Shown here: in pieces, positions 14,190 to 26,939 of the stretch
How the letters are laid out: every line of letters starts with the position of its first letter
Numbering within the stretch: the first letter of the stretch is position 1
Assembly: GCA_051294905.1 (NCBI GenBank)
Contig: CM119371.1
Location: 37,264,001-37,328,000 of the forward strand
DNA: 64,000 nucleotides
Source of the DNA: Botryllus schlosseri
Lineage: Eukaryota
Direction of reading: 5' to 3'
Program-made: the position numbers and the translations under genes
Notes under the pieces: generated by a model
Seen by the model: only the letters and a program-made list of their open reading frames with translations
Told to the model about the DNA's origin: nothing
Database searches by the model: none

Positions 14190-15334
14190 ATAGTAATGAC
14201 AGGAATTGCAAACCTTTGCCAGAATTAAGCAAATAATCTTACGAACTAACGGGAGTTTTGCGAACAATTTTTGCTTTTGTTCTGTTCCCGAGCATGTTGC
14301 CTGAATAAAACGACCGTCCACGAAATCTCTCGGTTGCCAGAGGCCAAAGTGAATGTAATCGTGAATAATCTCAATTGGTTTTTCAAGGTTAACTTAATCG
14401 TAACCGAATACTGCAATATAGTAATGTTATTTGGGACTTCCCTAGTATAATCGCAATCGTAACCGCTCCTGTGTGGTTGTCTGTCGATTTTAAGGCGGGT
14501 GAGCATTTGATTAATAACAAACATTGTCATTCCACGTTAAAATTTTGGCATGGTGGGAATCTTTATAAATTCGGGGTCGATCTGGTCTGAAATGAGCGAC
14601 GCCATGAAGACGTGTCAACCAAATCTCGCTGCTAGAAGAGCTTGTTTATTTACGCTCTTCTCGCGGACCGTGTCAGTAGATCGGATATTTATGGAAAGGT
14701 CAAAGTTGGAACTTAAATCTAACAACTTTTGGTGATATGCTTACATATTCTCACATGTAGGGGTGTAACGTCATACTAGCGGCTCGGTACTCGTGACGTA
14801 TTCGGGCAAAGACTTAAAGTCTGCTGGGAATAGACTTTCGTGTCGCGAAAGTCAGACTATTTCCAAACAGGTTTCGAAATAGACTCATCGAATTGTTTAT
14901 TATCACGAACCAAATAGCACAGACAGCCGTTCCTCTACTAGCTGTCGGTTTGTTGTTACAACACAATCGGCTTCAGAAACGTGACAATCCGCACAGAAAG
15001 GGGCTGCGTTGCTTTTTCAGGGATTTACATCAAACTTTGTGTACCTAATCCGGATTTCGGAGAGTTTGAAGAAAATCGAAGGAGAAATCTGCACCGCACG
15101 TCCAGTTTCGTGGACTATTTTTTGTTATGCTGTTTACACGAAACACAATAGATTCTAAGCTTGCTGCGATCTAAACAGAGACGGGGAAAGTAGTCACTTC
15201 CTTAACTTTCACTTAATTACTAGTAGAAGTAAAGATTTTAAAAATACGTTCAAACTATTTGAAGTGGAAATGAGTAATGGAAGATCTAAAAAGTACGCAA
15301 GTAAGTAGTTTCAAAAGGTAGATTTGGTCTAGGG

Positions 15335-15761
15335 CAGTGGTTCCAAACCTTTTTGTCTTCATTCCCCACTTGAGATTTATTCAGAGCCTTCATTCCCCAC
15401 TACCCAAAACTTTCGTCATCACGGAGCAGCGACTAGATTTTTTGAGTATGCAAGACACACAACCACACCAATACGCACGACAATCGCCTTTAAATGTAAC
15501 GTAAAACGTATTGTGAACCGATACCGGTAACTCTAAAAATTCAGCGAAAGCGTTATATTATAGATAACTAACCTACGGAGTAGGCCGTAGGTTAGTTATC
15601 TATAGTTATATCACGCCATACTGCTCATACCCAATGTGTCTGTGACGCCATCATTGGTCATCCGGAGTAAAAAATATATAGTGTTTAACCAATGGGCCTA
15701 TTCCCCACCTGAAACCATGGAAATCCCCATCAGTGAATTCCCCACCGGTTGGGAACCACTG
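15335..15761. mobile_element. Charlie/Buster-like hAT MITE
   Basis: TIR CAGTGGTTCCAAACC / GGTTGGGAACCACTG, perfect TSD GTCTAGGG. Confidence 0.93.
15559..15604. mobile_element. 46-bp hairpin micro-element with 7-bp TSD
   Basis: Perfect 20-bp arms TATAGATAACTAACCTACGG, 6-nt loop, GTTATAT duplicated at 15552-15558 and 15605-15611. Confidence 0.8.
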
Positions 15762-16928
15762 GTCTAGGGGTCGTATACCCTCTGCAATCAATCGGAGGTG
15801 ACTACTGACTACTTTAAAAATTGTAAGATGCATGTTTTAGTACTACACAACGACACTACAGATAGGTGTAAGTGGTAGAAGATGTAACATCGTACGTTTC
15901 TACCTAAATATGTTGTGTCTAATCCGGATGTCGAAGGGTTTTAAGAAAATCGAAGGAGAAATCCTTGTTACCCGTCCAGTATCGTGAAGATTTTTTGTTC
16001 GGTTGTTTACACCAAACACAAAAGCTGAAAACTTCGAGAAACGGGTTCTGCGAATGGAAAGAGAGGTGATGAAAGTAGTCTGTTGTTTTTCAAGTAAAGT
16101 ACCGCTCAAAATGTTTACTCAATTTCAAGTACACGTCGCGATTTCTAAGACATGTCAAGTGGAAGTCAGAAACGAAGGTATGAAAATATTGAAAGGAATG
16201 GAATCAGAAATGGGTTGAAATGGCTATCGCTGCTACTCAAGTAACATTTCTATTCGATTACAAGTAGAAGTAGCGATACATGCCCAGACTGCTTCAACTA
16301 CTTTTTGAAAAGGAATGGTTTGAAAAGTACTGGAGTAAATACTTTCAAAATGCGGATTTGGTCGAGGGGTCGCATGCCTTCAGCAGTTAAACCTAGCTGA
16401 CTACTTTCCAAATTCCAAGATATGTCGTGTATGCATCCATATGAAGATTATGGTGCTTAGCAACTATGGCCTTTTGCACCAAACCTAAATGTTATAAGTC
16501 TATGAACTACTAGATTAAAGTTTCCTCTCGCTAACGAATACACAATCAATGACTGGTAAAATGGTATAGGGGTTACCGAGTATCAATATCAATAGGCATG
16601 TGGTTCCGTTCTGTTATATCCATTAAACAATTTCGCAGCCAGTTATTGCGAGTACATTGTAGCAAAATGCTCCACCGTTTCAGTCACGCCACATGTCGTA
16701 CAAAGAACGTGATACAAAGACCATATATCATTGTAATGCAACAAAATGACTAAAAGCACTACAAAATAAGTACAATCCTCCGAAACGTGACAATCCGCAC
16801 AAAAAGGACATACATGAATTTTCGAGTCTAATCCGCATTTAGAAGGGTAATTAAGAAATTTTGGAGTAGAAATCCTTACCGCCGGTTCAGTTTAGTAAAC
16901 GTATTTTATGCGGCTGTTTACATGAAAC

Positions 16929-17319
16929 CAGGGTTGCATTTAAAACAAAAATCAATTTAAAACAAACATGTTTAAAACAAGGCTCTTGTTTAAAACGTGT
17001 TTTTTTAAAAGCTATGACGTCACGAATATTCAATTGTGACGTCATATTGGATTGAGATTGACAATTAAGAATGTAGGGTAAATATAGCTCCTTGGACAAA
17101 ATATCTACGTACTATAGCGGTTGAACCGACTATTTTGAGGGTTCCAACCATCCCATATCGTATTCGTCGGCTATATCGGGTGGTAATCATCCGTAGGCTC
17201 ATACAACATGTTTTTGGAAAGTACTTACACAATTATGGCATAATTATACAACTTGAAAAAACGCAATTATTTTTTAAAAAGACCTTTGATCAAAACCATT
17301 TGTTTTAAATGCAACCCTA
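16929..17319. mobile_element. hAT-type MITE (TTTAAAACA-rich)
   Basis: TIR CAGGGTTGCATTTAAAAC / GTTTTAAATGCAACCCTA, flanks CATGAAAC / CACGACAC. Partial copy at about 12292-12460. Confidence 0.85.
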
Positions 17320-17393
17320 CACGACACACGAAAGTTGATAACATCGAGAAACAGATTCTGAACTTGATGCCACCGTCAAAGCAGTCAGTTGAC

Positions 17394-17680
17394 AGGTGGC
17401 GAGATAGCGCAGTGGTATAATCCGCGGCTGCAACACCAATGGGTCCGACCGAGGTCGACTTCCGAATTCCGATACCTAAGTGTTGGAGGTTTACCTAGGC
17501 TCCTCCTCGCCACCTCATCCGCGTCAGCGGTGTCTTACAAAAGCCTAGAGGTGGGCCGTGCTATAAGTCGGCAGTTACGGAAAATAAGTAGATTATCGGC
17601 CTGGTGTAAATGACCTTAGTAGTCGACAAACACCATAAATACCCCCCCAAAAAAATAAAAATAAAAATAAAAATAAAAAA
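17394..17680 (+). mobile_element. tRNA-derived SINE (family 1)
   Basis: A box TAGCGCAGTGG at 17405, B-box segment deleted relative to the 3839-4379 copy, (AAAAAT)n tail, perfect 12-bp TSD CAGTCAGTTGAC. Confidence 0.9.
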
Positions 17681-20595
17681 CAGTCAGTTGACGTAAAAGT
17701 TGATGTCACGCCGTGAATTTCTACTAAATTGCACGTAAAAGCAGCTATTTTGGAGACTTGTAAAAACTAATTCTAGTGGAAGTAGATAAAACATGGCTTG
17801 TAATTTCAAAAATTAGATTTGGTCGATGGTTCGCATACTCTAGGCGCGCAATCAGGACTGGGTACTTTTGAAATTAGAATATTCATATTCGCGACTAACG
17901 CAACACCACTACAAATGGGTGAAATCTACGAAAATATATTAAGTGACCGTAATGCTGGAGCTATTTCACACGTACAAAAACTATTTCACATATAAATATG
18001 ATGCAAACTCATCCTAAAATAAATCAAACCGAAATTAAAACCAACCAAATCTACAATCTCAAACTGTAAAAGCAAGTATTCTTGCTTGAAAAACCAATCA
18101 GTAGATGCGGCAGTAGCAAATATAGAAGGCACAAAAAGTGCTGAAGTAAATAGTTTCCAAAAGTAGGTGGGTCACACACTTTTAGCAGTTATCAGAGCTG
18201 GCTACTTTTGTAATCGCCATATTCACGCAAAATAACTATAAGACACCACAAAAAGTTAGAATATTCGCAATTATATTCATTTAACTCGACGCAGAGCCAT
18301 TTCCCACTCGTGGTACGACTCTTTCACTAGTAAAAGTGTCGTAAAATTATCTTAATACTAATATACGGTTGTCTAAATCCAATAGTGTAAAAGTAAGCGG
18401 TGCTCCTAAAAAATGAAATGTAGCAGTGAAAAAAAAACAGAGCCACTTAAGTGAGTATGAAGCAGGCAAAACCTTAAAACAATGGAGGTCAAATATTTTG
18501 AATGCGAAGAATTCAACCAACGAAAGTGACTTGATGTCAAAGCGAAAACGAAAAATGTTCTCGGCAAACTTACAACTTTCAAGACTACAAACGGCGGTGA
18601 TTATGAAAGGTACAATGGCGCAATAATCGCATCTACTTAACTAATCCTTGTGCACGTATCAATTGTGACGTACACGCCACCATTGATGATAAGATGCAAT
18701 AGAAACATTTGTTCCGCCGGGACAAGGCGGTCGATTTTTCACAGAACAGTCAATCAAATACAGTCTGAATACTTTCATTAGATGTGTAGATGTGTAGATG
18801 TACTCAACACTCATTTTGTTCGCATCTATTTTTGTTTGGTGATAAATAAAGATCATTGTAAGTCTCGAGTGACGAGTACACGTTAACCTAGTAATTTAGC
18901 GATGATGTTTCGAAAGTAGACAACCTCCTATTAAATGCAGGTGGCGATTAATTCATGGATTACTGGAATTAACTATTGGTAACGACCCTGGTAGCACTGC
19001 TGCAAATATGAGCATGGATTTGGATTGACAATTTGTGATTCTCTCAATTTTCATGTGACTTTTGAATAAATACAAACCATTACCGGATTTTGACATCTCC
19101 GTTACTTACTCAGGTCGTTATGATGTTGCCAGATTACTTCTACTTAGCCCAGAGAAGGAACGTTCCTTTCCAAGGATAAAACCTTTTAACTGACGCCAAC
19201 ATTAACGCCGACGTATTGGAGTTTTTACGGGAATCAAAGCGTCACTATCATTGTGTAACATTCACATTCTGAAAATTTGTTGAATCACATTTGTCAAAAT
19301 ATCTCAATTGCCGTGGTGCAAAAATCCTTTGATGCGAAAAGCACCACTAAATGTTTTTACACATAATAATAGTAATATTTATTACAATATTACATTTCTA
19401 CCCACTTGAAAATCACTACTGATATTGAGTATGACTTTGCGGAGTTTCTTCAATTTTTACTTGATTACCAACGACGAATACTTTGACCAACTATGGAAAT
19501 ATCCTTTGTCGGATTGTGCGTTTTGGTTTTTGACTTGAATCTGATCCGGAACCCGGAACAGGCTTTTGATTCGAAAGTATTAAATTCACTCATCTCTGCC
19601 CTGGTGGCTGCAAAGTTGTCTGCAATGATTTACTTTGCAATTTTTTGCAAAGCAAAGGTATGTCGTGACTGGCTATCCCACAATACGAATCACTATGCTC
19701 ATTTGCGTCTGCGCCATGTCTTGTAGCTCGTTACGGTGCATCAATTTTGTGACATCGAAATCTTTATTTCATCTGACCGTAGAGCACGGTTGAACTGCGG
19801 CTGACTTTCGACTTTTTTGTGTGATTCAGGCGCGAACCACCCGCACTGATCTCAGTTTACGAGGTCACGGCGAAGGTCGCGATCATCTGAGCCGCGCCAA
19901 ACTAAGTGACTTGAACTTTGTTCGTCTTGTTTTAAAGTCAGAAAATTGCCGCTTGGTCGGGATGTTTTCAAGTCGCGAATTGCGACCAGTCAAAGTGATC
20001 AGCGTTTGCACTCAGATGGGAGTGACGCGGTGAATTTCCACTCACGTGCAAGCGCGCATCACGATTTGCAAGAGATTTCTGAACTGCTTTACTTATTAGG
20101 AAATAGAAAATGAAAGGCCCGAGAGAGTTAGGCCTGGGCTCAATGATTCGAGTGCTTAAATCTGAATCTCGAAATAATTCGAATGATTCAAGTTGTGAGA
20201 GATTATTGTTTCGAGTAATGAAATTGCACGCGCTCCTTGCCACTAGGCGGTAATATACCAACAAAAACTATAGTTTCTATGTACTATTTTCAACTGTAGA
20301 AGCCTTGAAACTTCAATTAATGGTGTCGCAGCATACGAAATATGTAGTACAAATCTACGCATGATATTGAAAATGACATATCTGTAACGTCGTGATTAAC
20401 TCACAGCATCGTCTCAAAGTCCAATGAAGTATCATCGAAAATATGCCTCATTATCTTTAGCGTGATAGAGCTGATGGTATTAAATTATTGGTAAAGCATT
20501 AAAGGTAAAGTATTTGAACTTTCCACATACGAAGATACGAAAGTTCGCAGGTTTCGTAAAGTAGAGTTGGTCGAGTGTTAGCATACTAATAGGTA

Positions 20596-21107
20596 TAGAG
20601 CTGGGCAAAATCGAGTACCTGAGTGATTCGATTCTGAATCACGTATTACGCTTCAAATCGAGTATTCGAGTATCACTCATTATGACGTCATAACAGAATG
20701 TACCATGTCAAAGTTCAGATATGTTCCTTTTATGCCACCACAAAGAATATAGTACCTGTGATGCGTCACATTAAAGATATTTTGGTATTTTTTTATCATA
20801 CCGATTTTATTGCACTTCTTGACAATGTTGTGGGATGGTCATGACTTCGGAAATGTGTTATTTCCAGTAACGTGCGTAGCTTTGTACTATGTCTAGTATG
20901 CTGCGACTCGGCCAATCAAGGTTTCAAGGTTTGCTCAGTGGAAAATAGAATCAAAACTATAATTCTAGTTAGTAAATTTGACTTTCAGTTGCAAGGAGCG
21001 TATAATTTCAGTAGTCGAAAAAATCGTATTTTATTACTCGACTCGAATCATTAAAATTAATACTCGATTCAGATTCGAGTATACTCGAATCCTTGTGCAC
21101 AGCCCTA
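20596..21107. mobile_element. hAT-type MITE family B (TACTCGA-rich)
   Basis: TAGAGCTGGGCA / TGCACAGCCCTA, flanks CTAATAGG(TA) / CTCATAGG. Relatives near 30467, 31984, 39257 and 45570. Confidence 0.8.
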
Positions 21108-23073
21108 CTCATAGGTGACTACTGTCCAAATTGCAGACTGCATCTTGGTGAATCACGCGAAATGATCGATGAAATAAGCAGAAAATTGACGGGAAAGCGT
21201 TTAAGACACAAATTGCGACCTACTAACTATATGGAAGAACGATCTCTTGACTTCATGTCACGGAGATCATGGTTTCAGCAACACTCTCGGTTATATGCCT
21301 CATTTTCAATTTTTAGCGAAATGAACAGGAATCGTGTTTTTAATTGAGTTCGAGTGTGTGTCAATTTCTGGAATAGTCTTTGTTTGTTGTCAGAGTCGAC
21401 AATTTGTGTAAATTTCCAAATCGCGACGACATAATTACCGGCATCGATAATTGTACGGAGAGGTTTTAAGCGGTTCTAAATCTGACTTTGCCATTAGCGA
21501 CGCTTTGATGAGGCCGCGAAAAGTCGAGTGTTTCAATGCAGAGTCAGATAACTATAGTACTACAACTAAAAAACTTCAGACTTTCCATATTATAATAGAA
21601 ACTGAAATTATAGCCACACAATTATTTCTATACTATAGTAGTATTAGAATTATTGAATTCGCAAAAACAGCGATAATCAAACTCAATTCCTATCAAATCA
21701 GCGGTCATTCCCATAAGACAGACAACGGCAAATGTCAGTACAGCCGAGTCAGTATATCGAGCTTTGCTATACAGTTCTGCTGTAGCATTTTGAGGGAAAA
21801 CTGAAATTAGATTAGAATGAATATTAGCGCATAGAAGCATCTCACAAATTAGATTAGAATTACATTACCGGCATTTTCTATAATTATACAACTATAATTA
21901 TTTAGTTGTCCAAGTCTTGTTTCAATACAGGCGATTCCATGAGTATTGAGGTGATTCAATCTATTGCATTACACGCAGACTTTGTTTTACAACAAAAAAT
22001 AATTGACAAGAAGTATAATCAAAAGCAGATTCTCCTCTGGCTTTGCAAAAACCAAATCTTCATCTTTAGCGGTTCGCTGGACGCCAATTATTGTGCGATA
22101 ATGAATTAATGTGTGACCGCGTAAAGCGATCTGCTCTTGTCCGCGGTTCAAATTGCGCGCCCACAAAATACGGCTCTTAAATTTTTATCCCCTAAATTAC
22201 TTAATAAGTCAGGAGAATGTGAGTTTAACATTATCCAGTTGAAACACGGAGTTCAAGTTTCAGCGTCAAAATAAACGCGCAGAAATAGAAGCCGATTCGA
22301 AAATTTAACCATTCAAGAGTGGTAGGTTATCGCCGATATCTGCGCGTTGTGGCCAGAGTTCCGCATTTCTTATTCAGATCTAATTAAAATTAATTTTGTA
22401 TCGTGTCCATACCACAGTCTAAATCAGATAAATATCTTTAAATATGACGACATGGAAATTTAAAGTTAGAATTTTCAAGTCAAAATCTAAATTAATGGTC
22501 AAATTATCATAAAACCATGACCGACCCAAAAACCGCAAAAATCGGCAATTCGGCGCTCAGCAACTAGGGCCTTGTGCGCCGTGCCAGGTTGGGAGGGTTT
22601 ATGTGAGTCTATATTCCATTACATATAGTATCACAAACTCTTGAGTGTATCATCATAGGGTTGCTGAGTAAGGCATTGAGGTTCGACGAAAAATGTTGCA
22701 GATTAGAGACCACGTGTAGGTACAAACGCCAGCACTGCATGGTACGAACGGATCGTGCGGTTCGTAATCACCATCTGCGTTGGCCGGTAATGAATGCGCG
22801 TAGACACAACATGGCGCCGGCAGCCCTTTCAAATCAAACTTGCTTTTGACCTGCGCAGACTAGATCCAGGATGACGCTCCGTAATTATGGTCGTAATTGG
22901 ATGATTCGGGTGATGTTTTTGTTGGAAAGATTCCTGATTGCTTCAATATTGATTTCCAATTGGGTGATATGTTAATATTGAAATAAACCCGATTATCTTC
23001 GGCTGACACTCGTCGCGTGTAATCGCCAATGCCTGCAAAGTTATTTCAAAGTCTCTACTATTTTCTGGCGATT

Positions 23074-23107
23074 ACCCCTGAAGAGTGTTTGCCGAAAATA
23101 TTAGGAT
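23074..23107 (+). ncRNA. Minimal type I hammerhead ribozyme-like motif
   Basis: ACCC CUGAAGA GUGUUUGCC GAAA AUAU UA GGAU: intact core, palindromic helix III loop, one stem I mismatch. Confidence 0.55.
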
Positions 23108-26100
23108 TTATATTAATATCAATATAATATTTAATTGTATATTGCAGTTATGTACCTTCAACAGTCTCCTAGAATATTATCATGAATCTCAACTTTCTTG
23201 CCATGATATGCCAATTAGAATACAATTTTGTGTCTCAATTGCTAAATGCAACAAGTCGGGCGCTTAGAAAAATGAAACATCTAATTTTGAATGGACTCTG
23301 AAATTCTGCAACAATCAATATGTTCATATTTCCAAAATATTGAAGAATATCTGCAATATGAACATATTGTTTGTTACAATATCAAAGTTCAGTATTTGTA
23401 AAAGCCTGTTTTGAAATTAGGAACGTATTATTGCGTATCGTGTCGTAATACGTAGAAAACATAGTCTGATTTGGACTTATCTTACGTTTAAACGGTGCTA
23501 GGGTTGTGGTAGACTGTTTAAGTGGTAGCCTACAGCTCGTTCAAGACCAGTGCTGTTTGATAGGTAGGACGACTTGTTAAACAAAATTTGTTTCATGTCG
23601 AAAGTAAAATTTAACGAAATAATGCGAACAATCAAAATCGGGTTAGCGGTTTTTGACAGGACTTTGCCTGTAGCAGAAACCTCCACAGTATCACGTACTA
23701 CACGTGTGACATAAAGCAAATTTTCCCATTACATTGAAATGTACAATATTTTCTTTTGAGTTGGATACATCATCCGTACGTGCATTGCGGATTTATATTA
23801 ATTTTAAAGGTTCACCAGTCAGCTAAATTTACTTAGCAGTTATATCACTGTTACAATCTAAAAGACGGTTGGGAACAACTCCTCTACAGCATTCGTCGAA
23901 AGCGAATATGACATCGTGCACTTGCACCCCTGAAGTGTCTCGCTGCGAAAGACCGCGACGCTGACTATAGGCACTTAAGCCGACCGCAAATCGGTGGTTA
24001 GTGGCCGCGATATTAGTCACGTTCGAATGCCAGAAACTTTGAAGCAAATCTCTTCTGCGAATTGGTAGTAATCTTCCGATAAAAATCACGCCTTTGGAGG
24101 ACACAGAAGCAATATTTGTACGCGAGCAGCTTTTAAGCTGGACTACTTACTTTCTAGAATGTCGATTTCAAAATCAAAAAGTAGGTCGGGGATAAGTTTG
24201 CAGCTCTTTTACGCGGAAATAGTCATAAAAATCGCTTGAAAAAGCTTTTGTGTCAGCGTTACTGCATATATTTTCAAAGAAGCTTTAGTAATTTTACGCT
24301 TGTAACCAAGATACAATTTTCTAACGCATGAAGAAGCCACTGTCACTGCCATCATGCCACCTTAGATTAACTGCTTCAGGTATATGCCAACCCCTCGACA
24401 AATCTACATTTTAAAACTACTTCCAAACCTTTCACTGTCTACTTCCAATGAAGTAGCTTGGAATACTTGGCCTTTCGAAACAATTTTGACACAATTTTGG
24501 CTCTTTTTGACATGTCATAAAAAATCGCCATACTTATTAGGAACTCGCTACTCCTGCTTCTAATTCTGTATCTCATAGACGCTATTTCTACTTCACAATT
24601 TCCATTTTTGACCGGGAATGCCCATGCGTTTCAGAGCACACGAACAGATTTGGCACAGGCCTACTTGCACGACGTACTCAATCGGTATGGATTTAGATCA
24701 CTTCTACTTTACAGTCGTGGGTGCATTTGGGAAAACTAGGCATTCAATACCACTTTTCGACTTACTTCGAATTCAGTACTTCTGCTTGCAATTGAGTAGA
24801 AATTTACTACCTTACTGGTACTTAATTTAGTTTTCAGCGTTTTTCCAACATCTTTTGGGCCTAGAAGACTTATTTCGAAATCGGGAGTGGGAGCTTACGT
24901 TACTTTTAGTGTTAGTTGAATAGCACCGCTGAGTACTATGTCCACCTCTATAGACTTGCATGTGAAGCAATCAACATCTGTTCAAGTACTTCACGTTGTC
25001 CAATGCACGTTTCTGTACAAATAACATTCCCTATCGCCAGGTGGGTGTCCTATAGTCTATTTAGATACGTGATCAACAGAGACAAGCTAACATAGCGTCT
25101 TCGTAAACAAGTACGTCGGAATTCTAGGAAGATTTTAGTGTTTTGACCTGGTAATTCAGCGCTAAGCGACGTCGCCAAGCTTCTAATAGCTCGTCATTAA
25201 CGTTTAATTTATTTTTTCCCTCTAATTTGGAATAAGTGACAAAGTACCGCTCCACATCGCAGACTGTTGCGTCAGAATCATCATGCTGGTTACGACATTT
25301 GGCTTTGGAATATGTTTTGGCAACGTGACTAAGTTTAACCTGCGAGTAAGATGGTTCTAAAAGTCTAGTAGCGTCTGGAAAACATCACCTTTCGCGTGAT
25401 ATCAAAACACAATAATTACTGCATCGACTTGATTGCCGGCACGCAAGCTGCAATTAGGACGCGAAACCTATCGGGCGACCCACTTGTCACGTGCCTCGTA
25501 ACGACACTGTGACGCAACGGTGAGCATGGATCGTAAACAAACAACGCTGAATCATTGTCTAAAGGAGAAGTCGACAGTTCGGGATTTTTTGGATTAATCG
25601 TGAAGTGAAAATGATGAGAAAATATCATTTCTACTTAATTTCGGACGAAATCTTCCCGAATTTCAGACTGTCATCTTTTTGGGTCCACACTAGAGTGTAT
25701 TGCGACTGGTTTTCTTGAAAATGCTACAGGAGAATTGTATAGTGCGAAACGAGTCATGCTCTTGGTGTACAGAGATTTTCCATTCCCATGCTTATACGAG
25801 GATAAACTCTGATTTGATATGAACTGAACTTGATTTTTGCTTCATGTCCTTTTAATTTGGAATTTCCTTCAATTACCAAGTTTTCGCTAATTCAGTTACG
25901 CTAATTTTAATCCAAATTGAAACAAATGTGCAGCTGTCATTCTAGTTCTACTCTGATTTAAAAAAACGTAAAAACTTGTTGGTTGTCAAACTCTGCAAAT
26001 AATTTAATGACAAGTGTTGCAGCACATGGCAATCAGTAAATACGAGGGTTGTTTTAGGAAACACTTGAATCCGACATGCAATCGGAAGAATTAGACGATG

Positions 26101-26416
26101 ACTTTTGGCAACCGTTACTGTTACGCAACAGGCGTTAAAAAACTCGCGGAGAAGGGATCTTCAAATGAGTTCCGGGATCTCAAGAATAGTCTCAATTCGA
26201 AGCAAACGCAATACCAAGATTTTTGACTTAGTTAGTAGTAAAGGTGGAGGGATTTACAAGACGCGTAAAACTACTTCAAACGCAACGGCAAAGGAAAGGT
26301 CTAAAAGTGCTGAAAAAGTAGATTTGGTATATTTCTTTTAGTAGTTCATCGGACGTCAATACTATCGTAATTGCAAGATTTACCTTCGCAACAAGCGCAA
26401 AATCATGCATGAGGAT

Positions 26417-26939
26417 CAGGGTTGTAACCAAGTCACAAGGTCCAGAGTCTCAAGCCAATCTCTCTTTTATAGTTTTGACTTGAGTCAGGTCGAGTCATTT
26501 TCAATTCACCACCCAGTGAAGTCCAAGTCAGTGAGTACAGTGCCGACTCCGAGTCATAATGTTGTGATTGTAGTCCGTGTCCAAGTCATTGTGTTTACTT
26601 TTCAGTTTTGAGTTCAATCCGGTTCCAACCACGTTTTCAACTCTGATCGAGTGATATAGAATTCACAATATCGCAATTTTCTGGCTCTATTTTCCATGTA
26701 TGTTACAATGCGTTACGATGTTACAATAAAATGTCTGTCTTGCCCGTCCCAGTCCCGAGTTATATGACTTGTTTCGAGTCATGAACTCGAGTCAAGTCGA
26801 GTCAATACACAAATTGACCAGAGTCAAGTCGAGTCATTTTGCGCATGTAAAAACATAACTCGAGTCAAGTCGAGTGACCAAAAAATCGCGACTGGAGTCG
26901 GACTCGATTCGAGTCATGACTCGAGTCCTTACAACCGTG
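26417..26939. mobile_element. Uninterrupted relative of the 3270-4460 MITE, opposite orientation
   Basis: CAGGGTTGTAA...TTACAACCGTG with GAGTC arrays. TSD is degenerate. Confidence 0.8.

Larger units (their letters stand above)
14976..18200 (+). repeat. Old tandem segmental repeat, three or more degenerate units
   Basis: Recurring blocks CTAATCCGGAT...GAAAATCGAAGGAGAAATC (about 15045, 15918, 16828) and AGATTTGGTC.AGGGGTCG (about 15320/15770, 16355, 17815). Confidence 0.7.

Noticed and set aside
17394..17470. tRNA gene
   Set aside because: No B box or complete cloverleaf. It continues into a SINE body with tail and TSD.
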